NCBI GenBank assembly: GCA_963666205.1
Contig: OY762654.1
Span: 2,240,001 to 2,304,000, forward strand
Direction of reading: 5' to 3'
From: Synergistales bacterium
GTDB lineage: Bacteria; Synergistota; Synergistia; Synergistales; JAFGMB01
DNA: 64,000 nucleotides
Both the position numbers and the translations under genes were made by a program. Under the pieces are notes generated by a model that saw nothing but the letters and a program-made list of their open reading frames with translations, was not told the origin of the DNA and made no database searches. This document shows positions 19,527 to 28,758 of this stretch, in pieces (position 1 is the stretch's first letter; each line of letters starts with the position of its first letter).

Positions 19527-20360
19527 ATGCGTAAATCCTTTGTAAGGTTTTTGTTTCTTCTTGTTATTGTTTCCTTTCTGGCAGTTTCGTTTTCTGCCTT
19601 TGCCTCCCCTCCGGTCTTGAGAATGGCGACGACCACCAGTACTGATAATACCGGTCTTCTTGATTTTCTGGCACCTCGGTTCATGAAAGATACAGGGATC
19701 GAGCTTCAGTGGGTATCTGTGGGAACAGGAAAAGCTCTTGAACTGGGGAAAAATTGCGATGTCGATGTTCTCTTGGTCCATGCTCCGGATTCCGAGAAGA
19801 AATATGTTTCTGACGGTTACGGTGTTAACAGAAGAGAGATCATGTTCAATGATTTCGTAATAATAGGTCCTGCCTCAGACCCAGCAGCAGTAAAGGGACT
19901 GGATATCAAGTCGGGTTTCAGCAAAATGGCGAATAAAAAGGTTTTTTTTGCCAGCCGTGGGGATAACTCGGGAACCCATAAAAAAGAATTATCCCTCTGG
20001 GAAGCAGCGGATATGAACGTGCCAGACAGGGAAGAGTGGTATATTCAGACAGGACAGGGAATGCTTAACACCATAAACATAGCTGCAGAGAGGGAAGCCT
20101 ATACAATGACCGACAGGGGTACTTTCATCAAGTATGAGGCTAATCACAAAGGTAATCCTCCCCTGGTTATCCTCATGGAAGGCGATCCCAATCTTAGAAA
20201 TCAGTATAGTGTAATGGCTGTTAATCCAACGAGGAGTGATAGCCTGAAATATGACCTTGCCCTTAAATTTATTGATTGGATCTCTTCCCCCAGGGTTCAG
20301 CAGCAGATAGCTGATTTCAGACTCATGGACAAACAGCTTTTCGTACCAAATGCAAAATGA
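19527..20360 (+). CDS. tupA: Tungstate ABC transporter substrate-binding protein
   Basis: ATTTST..TGLL, VGTGKAL, SRGDNSGTH, GQGM, DRGT. Confidence 0.93.
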   Translation: MRKSFVRFLFLLVIVSFLAVSFSAFASPPVLRMATTTSTDNTGLLDFLAPRFMKDTGIELQWVSVGTGKALELGKNCDVDVLLVHAPDSEKKYVSDGYGVNRREIMFNDFVIIGPASDPAAVKGLDIKSGFSKMANKKVFFASRGDNSGTHKKELSLWEAADMNVPDREEWYIQTGQGMLNTINIAAEREAYTMTDRGTFIKYEANHKGNPPLVILMEGDPNLRNQYSVMAVNPTRSDSLKYDLALKFIDWISSPRVQQQIADFRLMDKQLFVPNAK

Positions 20361-20392
20361 TCCGGCGAATCCGATGACGTAAGGCATACTTG

Positions 20393-20440
20393 AAGGAGCA
20401 CAGTCTGGAAATGACGGGTGCTCCTTTCTTTCTTTTTTTT
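20393..20440 (+). terminator. Intra-operon hairpin with T-tract between tupA and tupB
   Basis: AAGGAGCAC / GTGCTCCTT followed by a long T-rich run. Confidence 0.6.
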
Positions 20441-20450
20441 GAGGTGAAAT

Positions 20451-21146
20451 ATGGATTATATGTCCCATGCTTTCTCTACTGCCTTCAAGCTTCTTTTAAT
20501 GGGCAATGAGGAAACCTATTCAGCCATTTTTGTTACATTGAAGGTTTCTTCCCTGTCCATGCTCTTTACACTTCTGGCGGGTGTTCCCCTTGGTTTTGTT
20601 CTTGGAAGCAAAGACTTTCCCGGAAAACGGATAACCAGAACAATTGTGGATACCTTTCTTGCAATTCCCACAGTAGTTGTAGGCCTTATGGTCTATACTT
20701 TCATTTCCAGAAAAGGGCCTTTGGGCAGTATGGGACTGCTTTTTTCCCTTAAGGGAATAGCAATAGGCCAGTTCATTCTTGCCATGCCTATTGTTATATC
20801 CCTTACCGCAACAGCTGTGGAGAGCCTGGAAGAAAAACTGACCCAGACCCTGATGACCCTTGGTGCACGTAGAAAAGATCTGGTGGCAGGGATCATATGG
20901 GAGGCGCGTTTTGCGGTAATCTCTGCTGCTATTACGGCATATGGGAGAGTGATATCCGAAGTGGGGGTATCAATGATGCTTGGTGGCAATATTAAATGGC
21001 ATACCCGTACGATCACGACCGCCATTGCCCTTGAAACAGGAAAAGGAGAGTTTGCACTTGGCCTGGCATTGGGAATTGTTCTTCTAGCTATTTCTTTTGC
21101 TGTAAATATTATTGCATCTATTATGAGAAGGAGATCCCTTTTATGA
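20451..21146 (+). CDS. tupB: Tungstate ABC transporter permease
   Basis: PTVVVGL, GPLG, GR.ISEVG..M.LGGNI...TRTITTAIALET.KG. Confidence 0.92.
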   Translation: MDYMSHAFSTAFKLLLMGNEETYSAIFVTLKVSSLSMLFTLLAGVPLGFVLGSKDFPGKRITRTIVDTFLAIPTVVVGLMVYTFISRKGPLGSMGLLFSLKGIAIGQFILAMPIVISLTATAVESLEEKLTQTLMTLGARRKDLVAGIIWEARFAVISAAITAYGRVISEVGVSMMLGGNIKWHTRTITTAIALETGKGEFALGLALGIVLLAISFAVNIIASIMRRRSLL

Positions 21147-21805
21147 AAAAGATCCTGTATTCCCTCAAGGGAATCCAGCACTATTATTCTGGTAGAGAGG
21201 TGCTTCGCATAGACCATGCTTCCCTTTATAAGGATGAGATAGTTGGTCTGACAGGACCTAACGGATGTGGCAAAAGCACTTTTCTGAGGATCCTGGCCTT
21301 TCTGGAAAATCCGACCTTCGGAGATCTTCAATTTCCTGGAGGCACTGTTGCTGATATGGAGAGCCAGAGGAGGAGGGTGACTTTACTCCTTCAGAATGGA
21401 TGTCTGCTGAAAAGATCAGTAATGGAAAATGTTACTTATGGTCTGAAGATCCGTGGTGTCTCTGTTGAAGAGAGAGAGGACAAAGGTCGAAAAGCTCTGG
21501 AAATGGTGGGCCTTCAACCTGAACAATTCCTCAGAAGAAGATGGTTTGAACTTTCCGGGGGAGAGGCTCAGCGGGTATCTCTTGCAAGCAGGTTAGCATT
21601 AAGTCCTGAAGTCCTTCTGCTGGATGAACCGACTTCAAGTGTAGATTCAGATAGTGCAGAGCTTATTAAACTGGCACTGGAAAGGGCAAGGCATAATTGG
21701 GGCACTTCAATGATAATAGTGAGCCATGATGACCGATGGCTTGATAAAGTCTCAGACAGGATATTCAGACTGGAAAAAGGGGGTCTTGCAGACCTGATCC
21801 GTTAA
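21143..21805 (+). CDS. tupC: Tungstate ABC transporter ATPase
   Basis: GPNGCGKST, LSGGEAQR, LLDEPT, SHD; ATGA overlap with tupB. Confidence 0.88.
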   Translation: MKKILYSLKGIQHYYSGREVLRIDHASLYKDEIVGLTGPNGCGKSTFLRILAFLENPTFGDLQFPGGTVADMESQRRRVTLLLQNGCLLKRSVMENVTYGLKIRGVSVEEREDKGRKALEMVGLQPEQFLRRRWFELSGGEAQRVSLASRLALSPEVLLLDEPTSSVDSDSAELIKLALERARHNWGTSMIIVSHDDRWLDKVSDRIFRLEKGGLADLIR

Positions 21806-21902
21806 AGTCAACAGTCCTCTCATAAACTTGTTAAAAAGAGAGGGGACAACAAAAGATTGTCCCCTGGTTCACTGATCCTGATCTTCTATGGGGTTGGATC
21901 AT

Positions 21903-22346
21903 CTATTCACAGATTCCGGGCTTGTGAACAAGGACATCACAGGGAGCATATCTTACAACCTTTGCTGCCACACTACCTATAAAAAACCTTTCAAGGTTGG
22001 TCATGCCTCGATGCCCTATGAGGATGATCTCGCATTGATCTTCCTCTGCTTTCTTCACTATCTCTTCAGGAGGACTTCCGGTCTTTATTGTCAGAAGATG
22101 GGGGAGATGTGAGTCTGGAAATTTCTGCGTCGTTTCCTTGATCATCTTTAAAAGTCCCTCCTTTATCTTTTCTATATCCGGGACTATCGAATATTCAACA
22201 GAACCTGGGATCGATTGATCCCTATACTCGATAACGTGTATAAAATCCAGTTTATCCAGGCCCATCCTTTGAGCATAACCGAAAGCAAAGGATATAAGGC
22301 AACGACTTATCTGACTGTTGTCAATTGCGACAAGAGCCTTTCGCAT
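21903..22346 (-). CDS. Universal stress protein
   Basis: LVAID.S, IGHRG...ERFFIGSVAAKVVRYAPCDVLV. Confidence 0.9.
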   Translation of the reverse strand: MRKALVAIDNSQISRCLISFAFGYAQRMGLDKLDFIHVIEYRDQSIPGSVEYSIVPDIEKIKEGLLKMIKETTQKFPDSHLPHLLTIKTGSPPEEIVKKAEEDQCEIILIGHRGMTNLERFFIGSVAAKVVRYAPCDVLVHKPGICE

Positions 22347-22413
22347 TAATATCTCTCCTCTCTCTTCCTGCAGGACCCGGAAAACAGGGTTTAGAGCATA
22401 AGTAAATCAATGA

Positions 22414-22860
22414 TCACTTTTCTATTTCTTTAGGTCTGTGCACAAGCACATCGCATGGCGCATGTCTTACGACCTTCGCAGCGACGCTTCCAATGAAAAA
22501 CCGTTCAATATTGCTCAATCCCCTGTGTCCGATCATGATGAGCTCATACTTGTTCTTCTCGGCCATTTCAACTATCTCAGCGTAAGGAGTACCTCCTGCC
22601 AAAACCAGTTCGTATGGAATTGAGGATATTCCCGAAGATGCCTGACCCTCTTTGATCATCTCCGATATTTCACTTTTCGTTTTATCCTCGTCAAGATGAG
22701 CCGAGTAATCAACATAGCCAGGTACGGTCATGTCTTTATAGGTCATAACGTGAATGAAATCAAGATGATCCAGCCCTGTGGATTTAGCGTATTGAAAAGC
22801 GAATGCAATCAGAGCCTGACTGATGTCGCTCTGATCTATGGCTACCAAAGCTTTCTTCAT
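22414..22860 (-). CDS. Universal stress protein (tandem paralogue)
   Basis: Same USP motifs; clearly homologous to its neighbour. Confidence 0.9.
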   Translation of the reverse strand: MKKALVAIDQSDISQALIAFAFQYAKSTGLDHLDFIHVMTYKDMTVPGYVDYSAHLDEDKTKSEISEMIKEGQASSGISSIPYELVLAGGTPYAEIVEMAEKNKYELIMIGHRGLSNIERFFIGSVAAKVVRHAPCDVLVHRPKEIEK

Positions 22861-22952
22861 ATTTCATCACTCCTTCTTCTGTGTGATGTGCTAATTATAC
22901 ACTGCAAAACAGAGGATGGGAAATATGGAATACAAAATATTCTCATCTTATC

Positions 22953-22990
22953 TTGACATATTTAGGTATTCAGGTATCATAATACCTAAA
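22953..22990 (+). promoter_or_regulatory. Promoter with a palindromic operator, probably Rrf2 autoregulation
   Basis: TTGACA at 22953; perfect TTTAGGTATT-N10-AATACCTAAA at 22961-22990 spanning the -10 region. Confidence 0.7.
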
Positions 22991-23002
22991 AGAGGTGAAG
23001 CT

Positions 23003-23416
23003 ATGAATGGAGTTATTCAGATATCTGATGCACTTTCCCTTGCATTGCATGGTATGGGACTTCTGGCTTCTTCGGGTAAAAGAATGAATGTCAGGGAAAT
23101 GGCGGAAAGAATCAACGTTTCCGAGGCGCATCTGGCCAAGGTATTCCAGAGAATAGTGAAGTCCGGACTGGTCTATTCTACCAGGGGGCCATCTGGAGGT
23201 TTTGAACTTACCAGGCCACCTTCTGAAATCAGTCTTTATGAGATATATGAAATTATTGAGGGAGTGCCGGATTCCGGATACTGTCTATTGAAGGTTACTG
23301 AATGTCCCTTCAATTCATGTGTATTCGGAGGAATGATAGAAAGTATGACCAGGGAGTTTACAGATTATCTCAAAAACAGAAATCTTGAAGAACTGATCAG
23401 GAGTGAAGCTGTATGA
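23003..23416 (+). CDS. Rrf2 family transcriptional regulator
   Basis: SEAHLAKV.Q, STRGP.GGF.L, ISL.EIYE.IEG, three Cys; SD GAGGTG before ATG 23003. Confidence 0.92.
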   Translation: MNGVIQISDALSLALHGMGLLASSGKRMNVREMAERINVSEAHLAKVFQRIVKSGLVYSTRGPSGGFELTRPPSEISLYEIYEIIEGVPDSGYCLLKVTECPFNSCVFGGMIESMTREFTDYLKNRNLEELIRSEAV

Positions 23417-24180
23417 GTGTAAAAGTGACAAGGCAGATCATCAGGATAGATGAATCAAAATGTAACGGATGCGGACAGTGTGTAGAAGCATGCCATGAAG
23501 GTGCCATCCGGATGGTTCATGGAAAGGCAAAACTTGTAAGTGATATTTACTGTGATGGACTTGGGGACTGTATAGGGGAGTGTCCTCAGGGAGCCATAAC
23601 TTTCGAGACCAGAGAGGCTGAACCCTACGATGAAAAGGCGGTTCAGCCTCACATGGAGGCAGTAACGGGAATTGACTGTCAATCTGGAGGATGTACAGGG
23701 TCTAAGACAAGGGTTTTGAACAAAGGTAATGAACCGGGAAATTCCTCACCTGTCGTTTCTGAAAATGGGCCAATGGTTTCAGAACTTGGGAACTGGCCGG
23801 TACAACTTAAACTGGTACCTGTAAATGCTCCGTATCTCCAGAGTTCAGATATAGTTTTAGCAGCTGACTGTACAGCCTTTTCTCACGGGAATTTCAATCA
23901 GACTTTCCTCAAAGGCGAAAACATAGTGTGTCTTATCGGTTGTCCCAAACTTGATGATAAAGAATATTACAGAGACAAGATCGCGGAGATCATGGAACTT
24001 AACGAAATCCATTCCATAACTGTTGTTTACATGGAAGTTCCATGTTGTGGAGGAATGGTGCGACTAGTGGAAGCAGCCATAGAAAAGGCAAGATTGGACA
24101 TGGATCTTAAACTTGTCAAAATTGGCATAAAAGGTGATAATTTGGGAGAAAAGATAATACGCTACCGTTATAAACAGTAA
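23413..24180 (+). CDS. 2x[4Fe-4S] ferredoxin-domain protein of the type found beside hcp
   Basis: CNGCGQCVEAC, CDGLGDCIGEC, WPVQLKL, AADC, GCPKLD, MEVPCC. Confidence 0.88.
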   Translation: MSVKVTRQIIRIDESKCNGCGQCVEACHEGAIRMVHGKAKLVSDIYCDGLGDCIGECPQGAITFETREAEPYDEKAVQPHMEAVTGIDCQSGGCTGSKTRVLNKGNEPGNSSPVVSENGPMVSELGNWPVQLKLVPVNAPYLQSSDIVLAADCTAFSHGNFNQTFLKGENIVCLIGCPKLDDKEYYRDKIAEIMELNEIHSITVVYMEVPCCGGMVRLVEAAIEKARLDMDLKLVKIGIKGDNLGEKIIRYRYKQ

Positions 24181-24235
24181 GCATTATACCCTGGTATTGT
24201 CTAATATCCAGTCAACTCAAGAGGGAATGAGATAA

Positions 24236-24524
24236 ATGTTCTGTTACCAGTGCGAGCAGACTGCAAAGGGCTCCAGGTGTACTTCCTGGGGTGTTTGTGG
24301 AAAAAGTGCGGAAGTTGCAGATCTTCAGGATCTTCTTATCTGTGTATGACCTGAAGGCCGGATGTATACTGCTTTCCCCGCTCTACCCGGGTATAAGAAA
24401 TATCCGTATAAATCCCACCCTCCCCGCTTTTCTCAGGCCTGAGCTGTTGAATATGTTTCAGGAAAAGCTTAACCTGATGACGGTAACGACACCAGGGGAG
24501 GGCCCTAAAACTATACTTGGATAG
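24236..24524 (+). pseudogene. hcp: Hybrid-cluster protein gene remnant with a large internal deletion
   Basis: Frame 1 gives [35 protein letters not shown] (Hcp N-terminus). The adjoining frame gives [10 protein letters not shown]...GIRNIRINPTLPAFL...ILG* (Hcp C-terminus). Confidence 0.9.
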
Positions 24525-24573
24525 CAAACCTTAACTGGCTTTAGTGCATTAGCCTTTGTATGGAGGTATAACC

Positions 24574-24912
24574 ATGGAAAAATATGTTTCTGATGATTCA
24601 ATTAGCGGGAAAGTACTCAGGCTTGGAGATCTAGTCCAGTACCAGCAGGATTCAGTGGTGAGCAGGGCCATCATCCAGGGAGAAAAGGGAACGGTTACGC
24701 TTTTTGCTTTCGACGAGGGGCAGTTTTTAAGTGAGCATAGCGCTCCCTTTGATGTGCTTGTCCAGGTTTTGGAGGGAGAAATGGAGATAAGAATTGGAGA
24801 AGATCCTAATAAAGTGTCTTCTGGAGAAGTCTTGATAATGCCTGCTAATATCCCTCATTCTCTTAAAGCTGTAAAAAAGGTTAAGATGAACCTCGTAATG
24901 ATAAGGTCTTGA
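24574..24912 (+). CDS. Cupin domain protein
   Basis: VTLFAFDEGQ.LSEHSAPFD, MPANIPHSL.A. Confidence 0.88.
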   Translation: MEKYVSDDSISGKVLRLGDLVQYQQDSVVSRAIIQGEKGTVTLFAFDEGQFLSEHSAPFDVLVQVLEGEMEIRIGEDPNKVSSGEVLIMPANIPHSLKAVKKVKMNLVMIRS

Positions 24913-24918
24913 GATAGA

Positions 24919-24948
24919 GAAAGGCCCGGGATTCTCCCCGGGCCTTTC
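24919..24948. terminator. Bidirectional terminator hairpin
   Basis: GAAAGGCCCGGG / CCCGGGCCTTTC between the cupin gene and the small minus-strand ORF. Confidence 0.75.
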
Positions 24949-24951
24949 AAT

Positions 24952-25089
24952 TTATTTCTCCCTACGGGAGAAAAGAGTGTCGATAATGAATCAGCCAGTA
25001 CAGGCTTTTTCTGTCTTTTCTTCTTTTACGGTGTTTTCAGATTTCTCATTCAGTTTTTCGGCCGTATTTTCTTTTCTCTTCCAGAACAT
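24952..25089 (-). CDS. Small protein, candidate selenoprotein with CxxU (32 aa if UGA is a stop, 45 aa if Sec)
   Basis: SD AGGAGGTG then ATG; MFWKRKENTAEKLNEKSENTVKEEKTEKACTG-UGA-FIIDTLFSRREK*; hairpin TTTCTCCC-GTA-GGGAGAAA whose loop starts 25 nt after the UGA. Confidence 0.6.
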
Positions 25090-25104
25090 GGAGCATACAC
25101 CTCC

Positions 25105-25123
25105 TATACCTATATAGGGTATA
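25105..25123. promoter_or_regulatory. CsoR-like palindrome abutting the SD of the small ORF
   Basis: TATACC-TATATAG-GGTATA. Confidence 0.5.
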
Positions 25124-25227
25124 ACAAAAATAGATAAAAATCAAGCTCTACAGATCTGCAGGATAAGGGGAGACAAGGGTAATCTTTTACGGGAGGTTAA
25201 AAATCTTTTTATAAGGGGCAGGTCAGG

Positions 25228-26010
25228 ATGGGGTCCTTTAAGCTTAATGTACTTGTAGAAATAGTGAGGAAGGCTTCTTTGATCATAACTGAACAGGGGG
25301 ACAGGTCCATAGCTAGAAGCAGGTCAAGTTCGGACTATACGACATTTACCGATTTAAAGGTAGAAAACTTTATTAAGGATAAACTTATCAAGCTTTCCCC
25401 GAAAAGCCTCATAATTGCGGAAGAATCATTTGACCCCGAAAGTGTTTGGGGTTGGGAAGATTCCGCTTTTGTCCTGGATCCGTTGGATGGGACGATAAAT
25501 TTTCATCATAACTGTAATTCATCGGCTATCTCCCTTGCCTTTTTTGAGGACGGACTTCCGCTGTATTCGGTTATTCTGGATCCATTCAGGAATGAACTGT
25601 TTGCGGCGGAGAGAGGCTGCGGTGCTACAATGAACGGAAGTAAGATCAAGGTATCAGCAGTTTCTTCCTTGAGAGACGCCCTGGTCGGTTTTGGTACAAC
25701 TCCCTATGACAAGGTCAGAGGTCTGCAAATGATCAAGGTTGCAGGGATGGTTTATTCCCGCTGCCAGGACATAAGAAGATTGGGTGCCGCAGCACTTGAT
25801 CTGGCCTATGTTGCATGTGGAAGGCTTGATTCCTTTTTCGAAATGGATCTTAAATCCTGGGATTTCTATGGAGGCCTGCTTCTTTTAACAGAAGCAGGGG
25901 GTAAGGTCTCTGACTGGAATGGGGAAAATATTGAGGGACTCGGTAAAAGAGATATTCTTGCAACCAACGGTTTGCTTCATGCGGAAATGCTGGATAGGAT
26001 ACAGATGTGA
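25228..26010 (+). CDS. Inositol monophosphatase family protein (SuhB-like)
   Basis: AEE, LDPLDGTINF, RRLGAAALDLAYVACG, WD. Confidence 0.9.
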   Translation: MGSFKLNVLVEIVRKASLIITEQGDRSIARSRSSSDYTTFTDLKVENFIKDKLIKLSPKSLIIAEESFDPESVWGWEDSAFVLDPLDGTINFHHNCNSSAISLAFFEDGLPLYSVILDPFRNELFAAERGCGATMNGSKIKVSAVSSLRDALVGFGTTPYDKVRGLQMIKVAGMVYSRCQDIRRLGAAALDLAYVACGRLDSFFEMDLKSWDFYGGLLLLTEAGGKVSDWNGENIEGLGKRDILATNGLLHAEMLDRIQM

Positions 26011-26086
26011 ATAGTTCCTCCCTACTGTACTTGAAAGGAGATTTCAAGCTATAATACCCTCTATCCAGATCAAGGAGGAAGATAAG

Positions 26087-26566
26087 ATGGCTGAAAATAA
26101 GACAAATCCGGTAGCAACCTTTAATACAAACATGGGTAGTTTTGAAATAGAGCTTTTTGGGGACAAGGCTCCGGCTACTGTCGAAAATTTTGTTGAGCTT
26201 GCAGAGAAAGGTTTTTACAACGGACTCATCTTTCATCGGGTGATCGATGGTTTCATGATCCAGGGTGGATGTCCCCTGGGCAAAGGAACTGGCGGTCCGG
26301 GATACAAGATCAAGGATGAATTCCATCCCGACTTGAAACATGATTCGGAGGGTATCCTTTCCATGGCTAATGCAGGTCCTGATACGGGAGGATCCCAGTT
26401 TTTCATTACACTGGCTGAAACAGCCTGGCTGGACAATCACCATGCTGTTTTCGGCAAGGTCAGTAGCGGGATCGAAGTTGTACGGTCCATCGGCAGTGTT
26501 AAGACCGGTTATGCTGATAAACCTGTTGAAGATGTTGTGATAAGGGAGATCGTAGTGTCAAAATAA
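26087..26566 (+). CDS. Cyclophilin-type peptidyl-prolyl isomerase
   Basis: [34 protein letters not shown]. Confidence 0.95.
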   Translation: MAENKTNPVATFNTNMGSFEIELFGDKAPATVENFVELAEKGFYNGLIFHRVIDGFMIQGGCPLGKGTGGPGYKIKDEFHPDLKHDSEGILSMANAGPDTGGSQFFITLAETAWLDNHHAVFGKVSSGIEVVRSIGSVKTGYADKPVEDVVIREIVVSK

Positions 26567-26602
26567 GCATTAAATGGTTGGTTTTGTGACCTCTATCTGA
26601 TT

Positions 26603-26653
26603 ATAAAGACCCGGCTTCCGGTAAAATAAATTTCCCGGAAGCCGGGTCTTTAT
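26603..26653 (+). terminator. Intrinsic terminator
   Basis: ATAAAGACCCGGCTTCCGG / CCGGAAGCCGGGTCTTTAT. Confidence 0.75.
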
Positions 26654-26765
26654 CTTTATGAACCAGGTTCGGCATTTCAATGCTATAATAAAATTACGAT
26701 TATTGTAGATTAAATTTAATTTAGTTCCTGAAAAATGTTTTGAGTAAAGCTTTTCCATCACAGGG

Positions 26766-28712
26766 GTGTTGGTTCTATTGGAGAGAGAGAAGATGGATAT
26801 TACGGGTATTCAGATCGAAAATCTGAAATTAACGGACCTGATAGATCTTGAAGAGCTTCAGAAGCTTCAGGATTGTTTTGCTTTGAGCAACAATATTGCA
26901 TCCATAATCCTTGATCCTGAGGGCAAACCAATAACCAGGAGCAGTAATTTTTCCGAATTCTGTCGAATTGTCAGATCCTCATCCAGAGGAAGCGGAAATT
27001 GTAAAAAAGTGGAACAAACCCTTTCCCGTACTCAGGAGAATAATATTCCCTCTGTGATTAACTGCGATACTTTTCCTGCCATTATGGAAGGTGTCGTTCC
27101 CGTAATTGTCAAGGGTCACCATCTGGCCAGCTGGAATATCGGTCAGGTTGTTGATTCTGATATGGATGCTGGTGAAATATCGGATAAGGCAGGTTTCCTG
27201 TGCCTTGATGAGGAAGAACTTGTTTCAGCTTTTGGCAAATTAAGGAGAATGTCCCGTTCCGAGTTTGAAAGAACACTCAAGTTTCTGGAACTTCTCACCC
27301 TCCAGGTTTCCCTTCTTGCCGTCCAGAACCTTGAACAGAAGCAGCTTATCCTTGAAAGAGATAGAGCAGAAGATGCTCTGAAAAAGATACGACAGAGACT
27401 GGAGCTTGCCCTTAATAGTGCAGATCTGGCCATGTGGGACTGGAATATCAAGTCTGGAGAATTGCTGTTTAATGATCGTTGGGCTGAAATGATCGAATAC
27501 AGGCCAGAGGAGATACTACCTCATTTTGATTCCTGGCAGAAACTGGTACATCCTGAAGATGTGACAAGGGTAATGAGTTACCTTCGTTCTCATCTGAATC
27601 GGGATATCCCTTTTTTCCGGAGTGAGTACAGAATGAAGACCCGCCTTGGAAAATGGAAGTGGATCCTTGATTCTGGAAAAGTCGTAGAATGGGATGAAAA
27701 AGGGGAACCTCTTCGTGCCGTTGGTACCCATATGGATATTAGCCAACAGAAAAAAGCAGAGGGGAAACTGAACCAGAACTCTGAAGAACAGAATATCCTC
27801 CTTGATAATATTGACATACAGATCTGGTATATGAAAGACGCAGAACATTATGGCAGGGTCAATCAGGCACATGCAGACTTCCTTGGCATGGATAAAATGG
27901 AGATACAGGGTCGAAGTCTTTCCGAGATAGAAGGGAGAGACCGTTCCATCAGTGAAATCGAATCCAATAACAGGGTTATCAGGAAAAAGAGAACTGCAAA
28001 ATTTGAAGAATGGAGAAAGAACAGTTCCGGAGAGGACAGGCTTCTTTCAATTACAAGAACCCCTAAGCTGGACGAAGATGGAAACGTAGAGTATATAATC
28101 TGTACTGCCACTGATATTACGGAAAGAAGAGAATATGAGCGCAAACTGGCCTACATGGCAGTTCACGATCCTTTGACCGGATGCTATAACAGGCATTCCC
28201 TCGATCAACTTCTCAAGAAAGAAGCAGGCAGATCCAAACGCTATAAACATCCCATAGAACTGCTGATGATAGATATAAACCGGTTTAAGGAAATAAATGA
28301 CCGTTTCGGGCATCAGACAGGGGATAAAGTGCTTCAGGAAGTGGCGACCATACTGCAGAAGCAGGTCAGGGAATGTGATCTTGTCGTAAGGTATGGAGGA
28401 GATGAATTCCTTATCCTCCTGCCGGAAACGAGCGGACAGACCCAGACACTGAAAGAACGGATTATAAAAGCGGTGCATGACTGGAACAATCAGAATAATA
28501 TATTGACATTCCCTCTCAGCCTGTCCATAGGGTGTGCACACTGGGATCCAGAAAGTCCCCAGTCTATTGAGGATGTTCTTGCAGAAGCAGACAGAATGAT
28601 GTACGAGGAAAAGCGAAGGGAAAAACAGGGAGAAAGTCCTTTCATCAGGCTTGTTGACGATTCTGAAAAGATGGGAACCTACCGAAGGATAATACCTCCA
28701 TCCTCAAACTGA
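26766..28712 (+). CDS. PocR-PAS-PAS-GGDEF diguanylate cyclase (start may be ATG 26793)
   Basis: PocR LQKLQD.F...FSEFC; PAS WDWN..VHPED; HDPLTG, FKEINDRFGH, RECD I-site, GGDEF. Confidence 0.92.
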   Translation: MLVLLEREKMDITGIQIENLKLTDLIDLEELQKLQDCFALSNNIASIILDPEGKPITRSSNFSEFCRIVRSSSRGSGNCKKVEQTLSRTQENNIPSVINCDTFPAIMEGVVPVIVKGHHLASWNIGQVVDSDMDAGEISDKAGFLCLDEEELVSAFGKLRRMSRSEFERTLKFLELLTLQVSLLAVQNLEQKQLILERDRAEDALKKIRQRLELALNSADLAMWDWNIKSGELLFNDRWAEMIEYRPEEILPHFDSWQKLVHPEDVTRVMSYLRSHLNRDIPFFRSEYRMKTRLGKWKWILDSGKVVEWDEKGEPLRAVGTHMDISQQKKAEGKLNQNSEEQNILLDNIDIQIWYMKDAEHYGRVNQAHADFLGMDKMEIQGRSLSEIEGRDRSISEIESNNRVIRKKRTAKFEEWRKNSSGEDRLLSITRTPKLDEDGNVEYIICTATDITERREYERKLAYMAVHDPLTGCYNRHSLDQLLKKEAGRSKRYKHPIELLMIDINRFKEINDRFGHQTGDKVLQEVATILQKQVRECDLVVRYGGDEFLILLPETSGQTQTLKERIIKAVHDWNNQNNILTFPLSLSIGCAHWDPESPQSIEDVLAEADRMMYEEKRREKQGESPFIRLVDDSEKMGTYRRIIPPSSN

Positions 28713-28758
28713 AGAAAAAGCCTGGTGGACTCTGGTCCACCTTTTCAATGATATATGT

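Noticed and set aside
20693-21331. Long antisense ORFs (for example 20693-21331, 39419-40063, 13315-14037, 25850-26443, 50637-51206)
   Set aside because: They are shadows of well-supported genes on the opposite strand, with no motifs or RBS.
24347-24349. UGA after the Hcp N-terminal fragment as selenocysteine
   Set aside because: It arises at the deletion junction, the C-terminal homology is in another frame, and no SECIS-like hairpin was evident.
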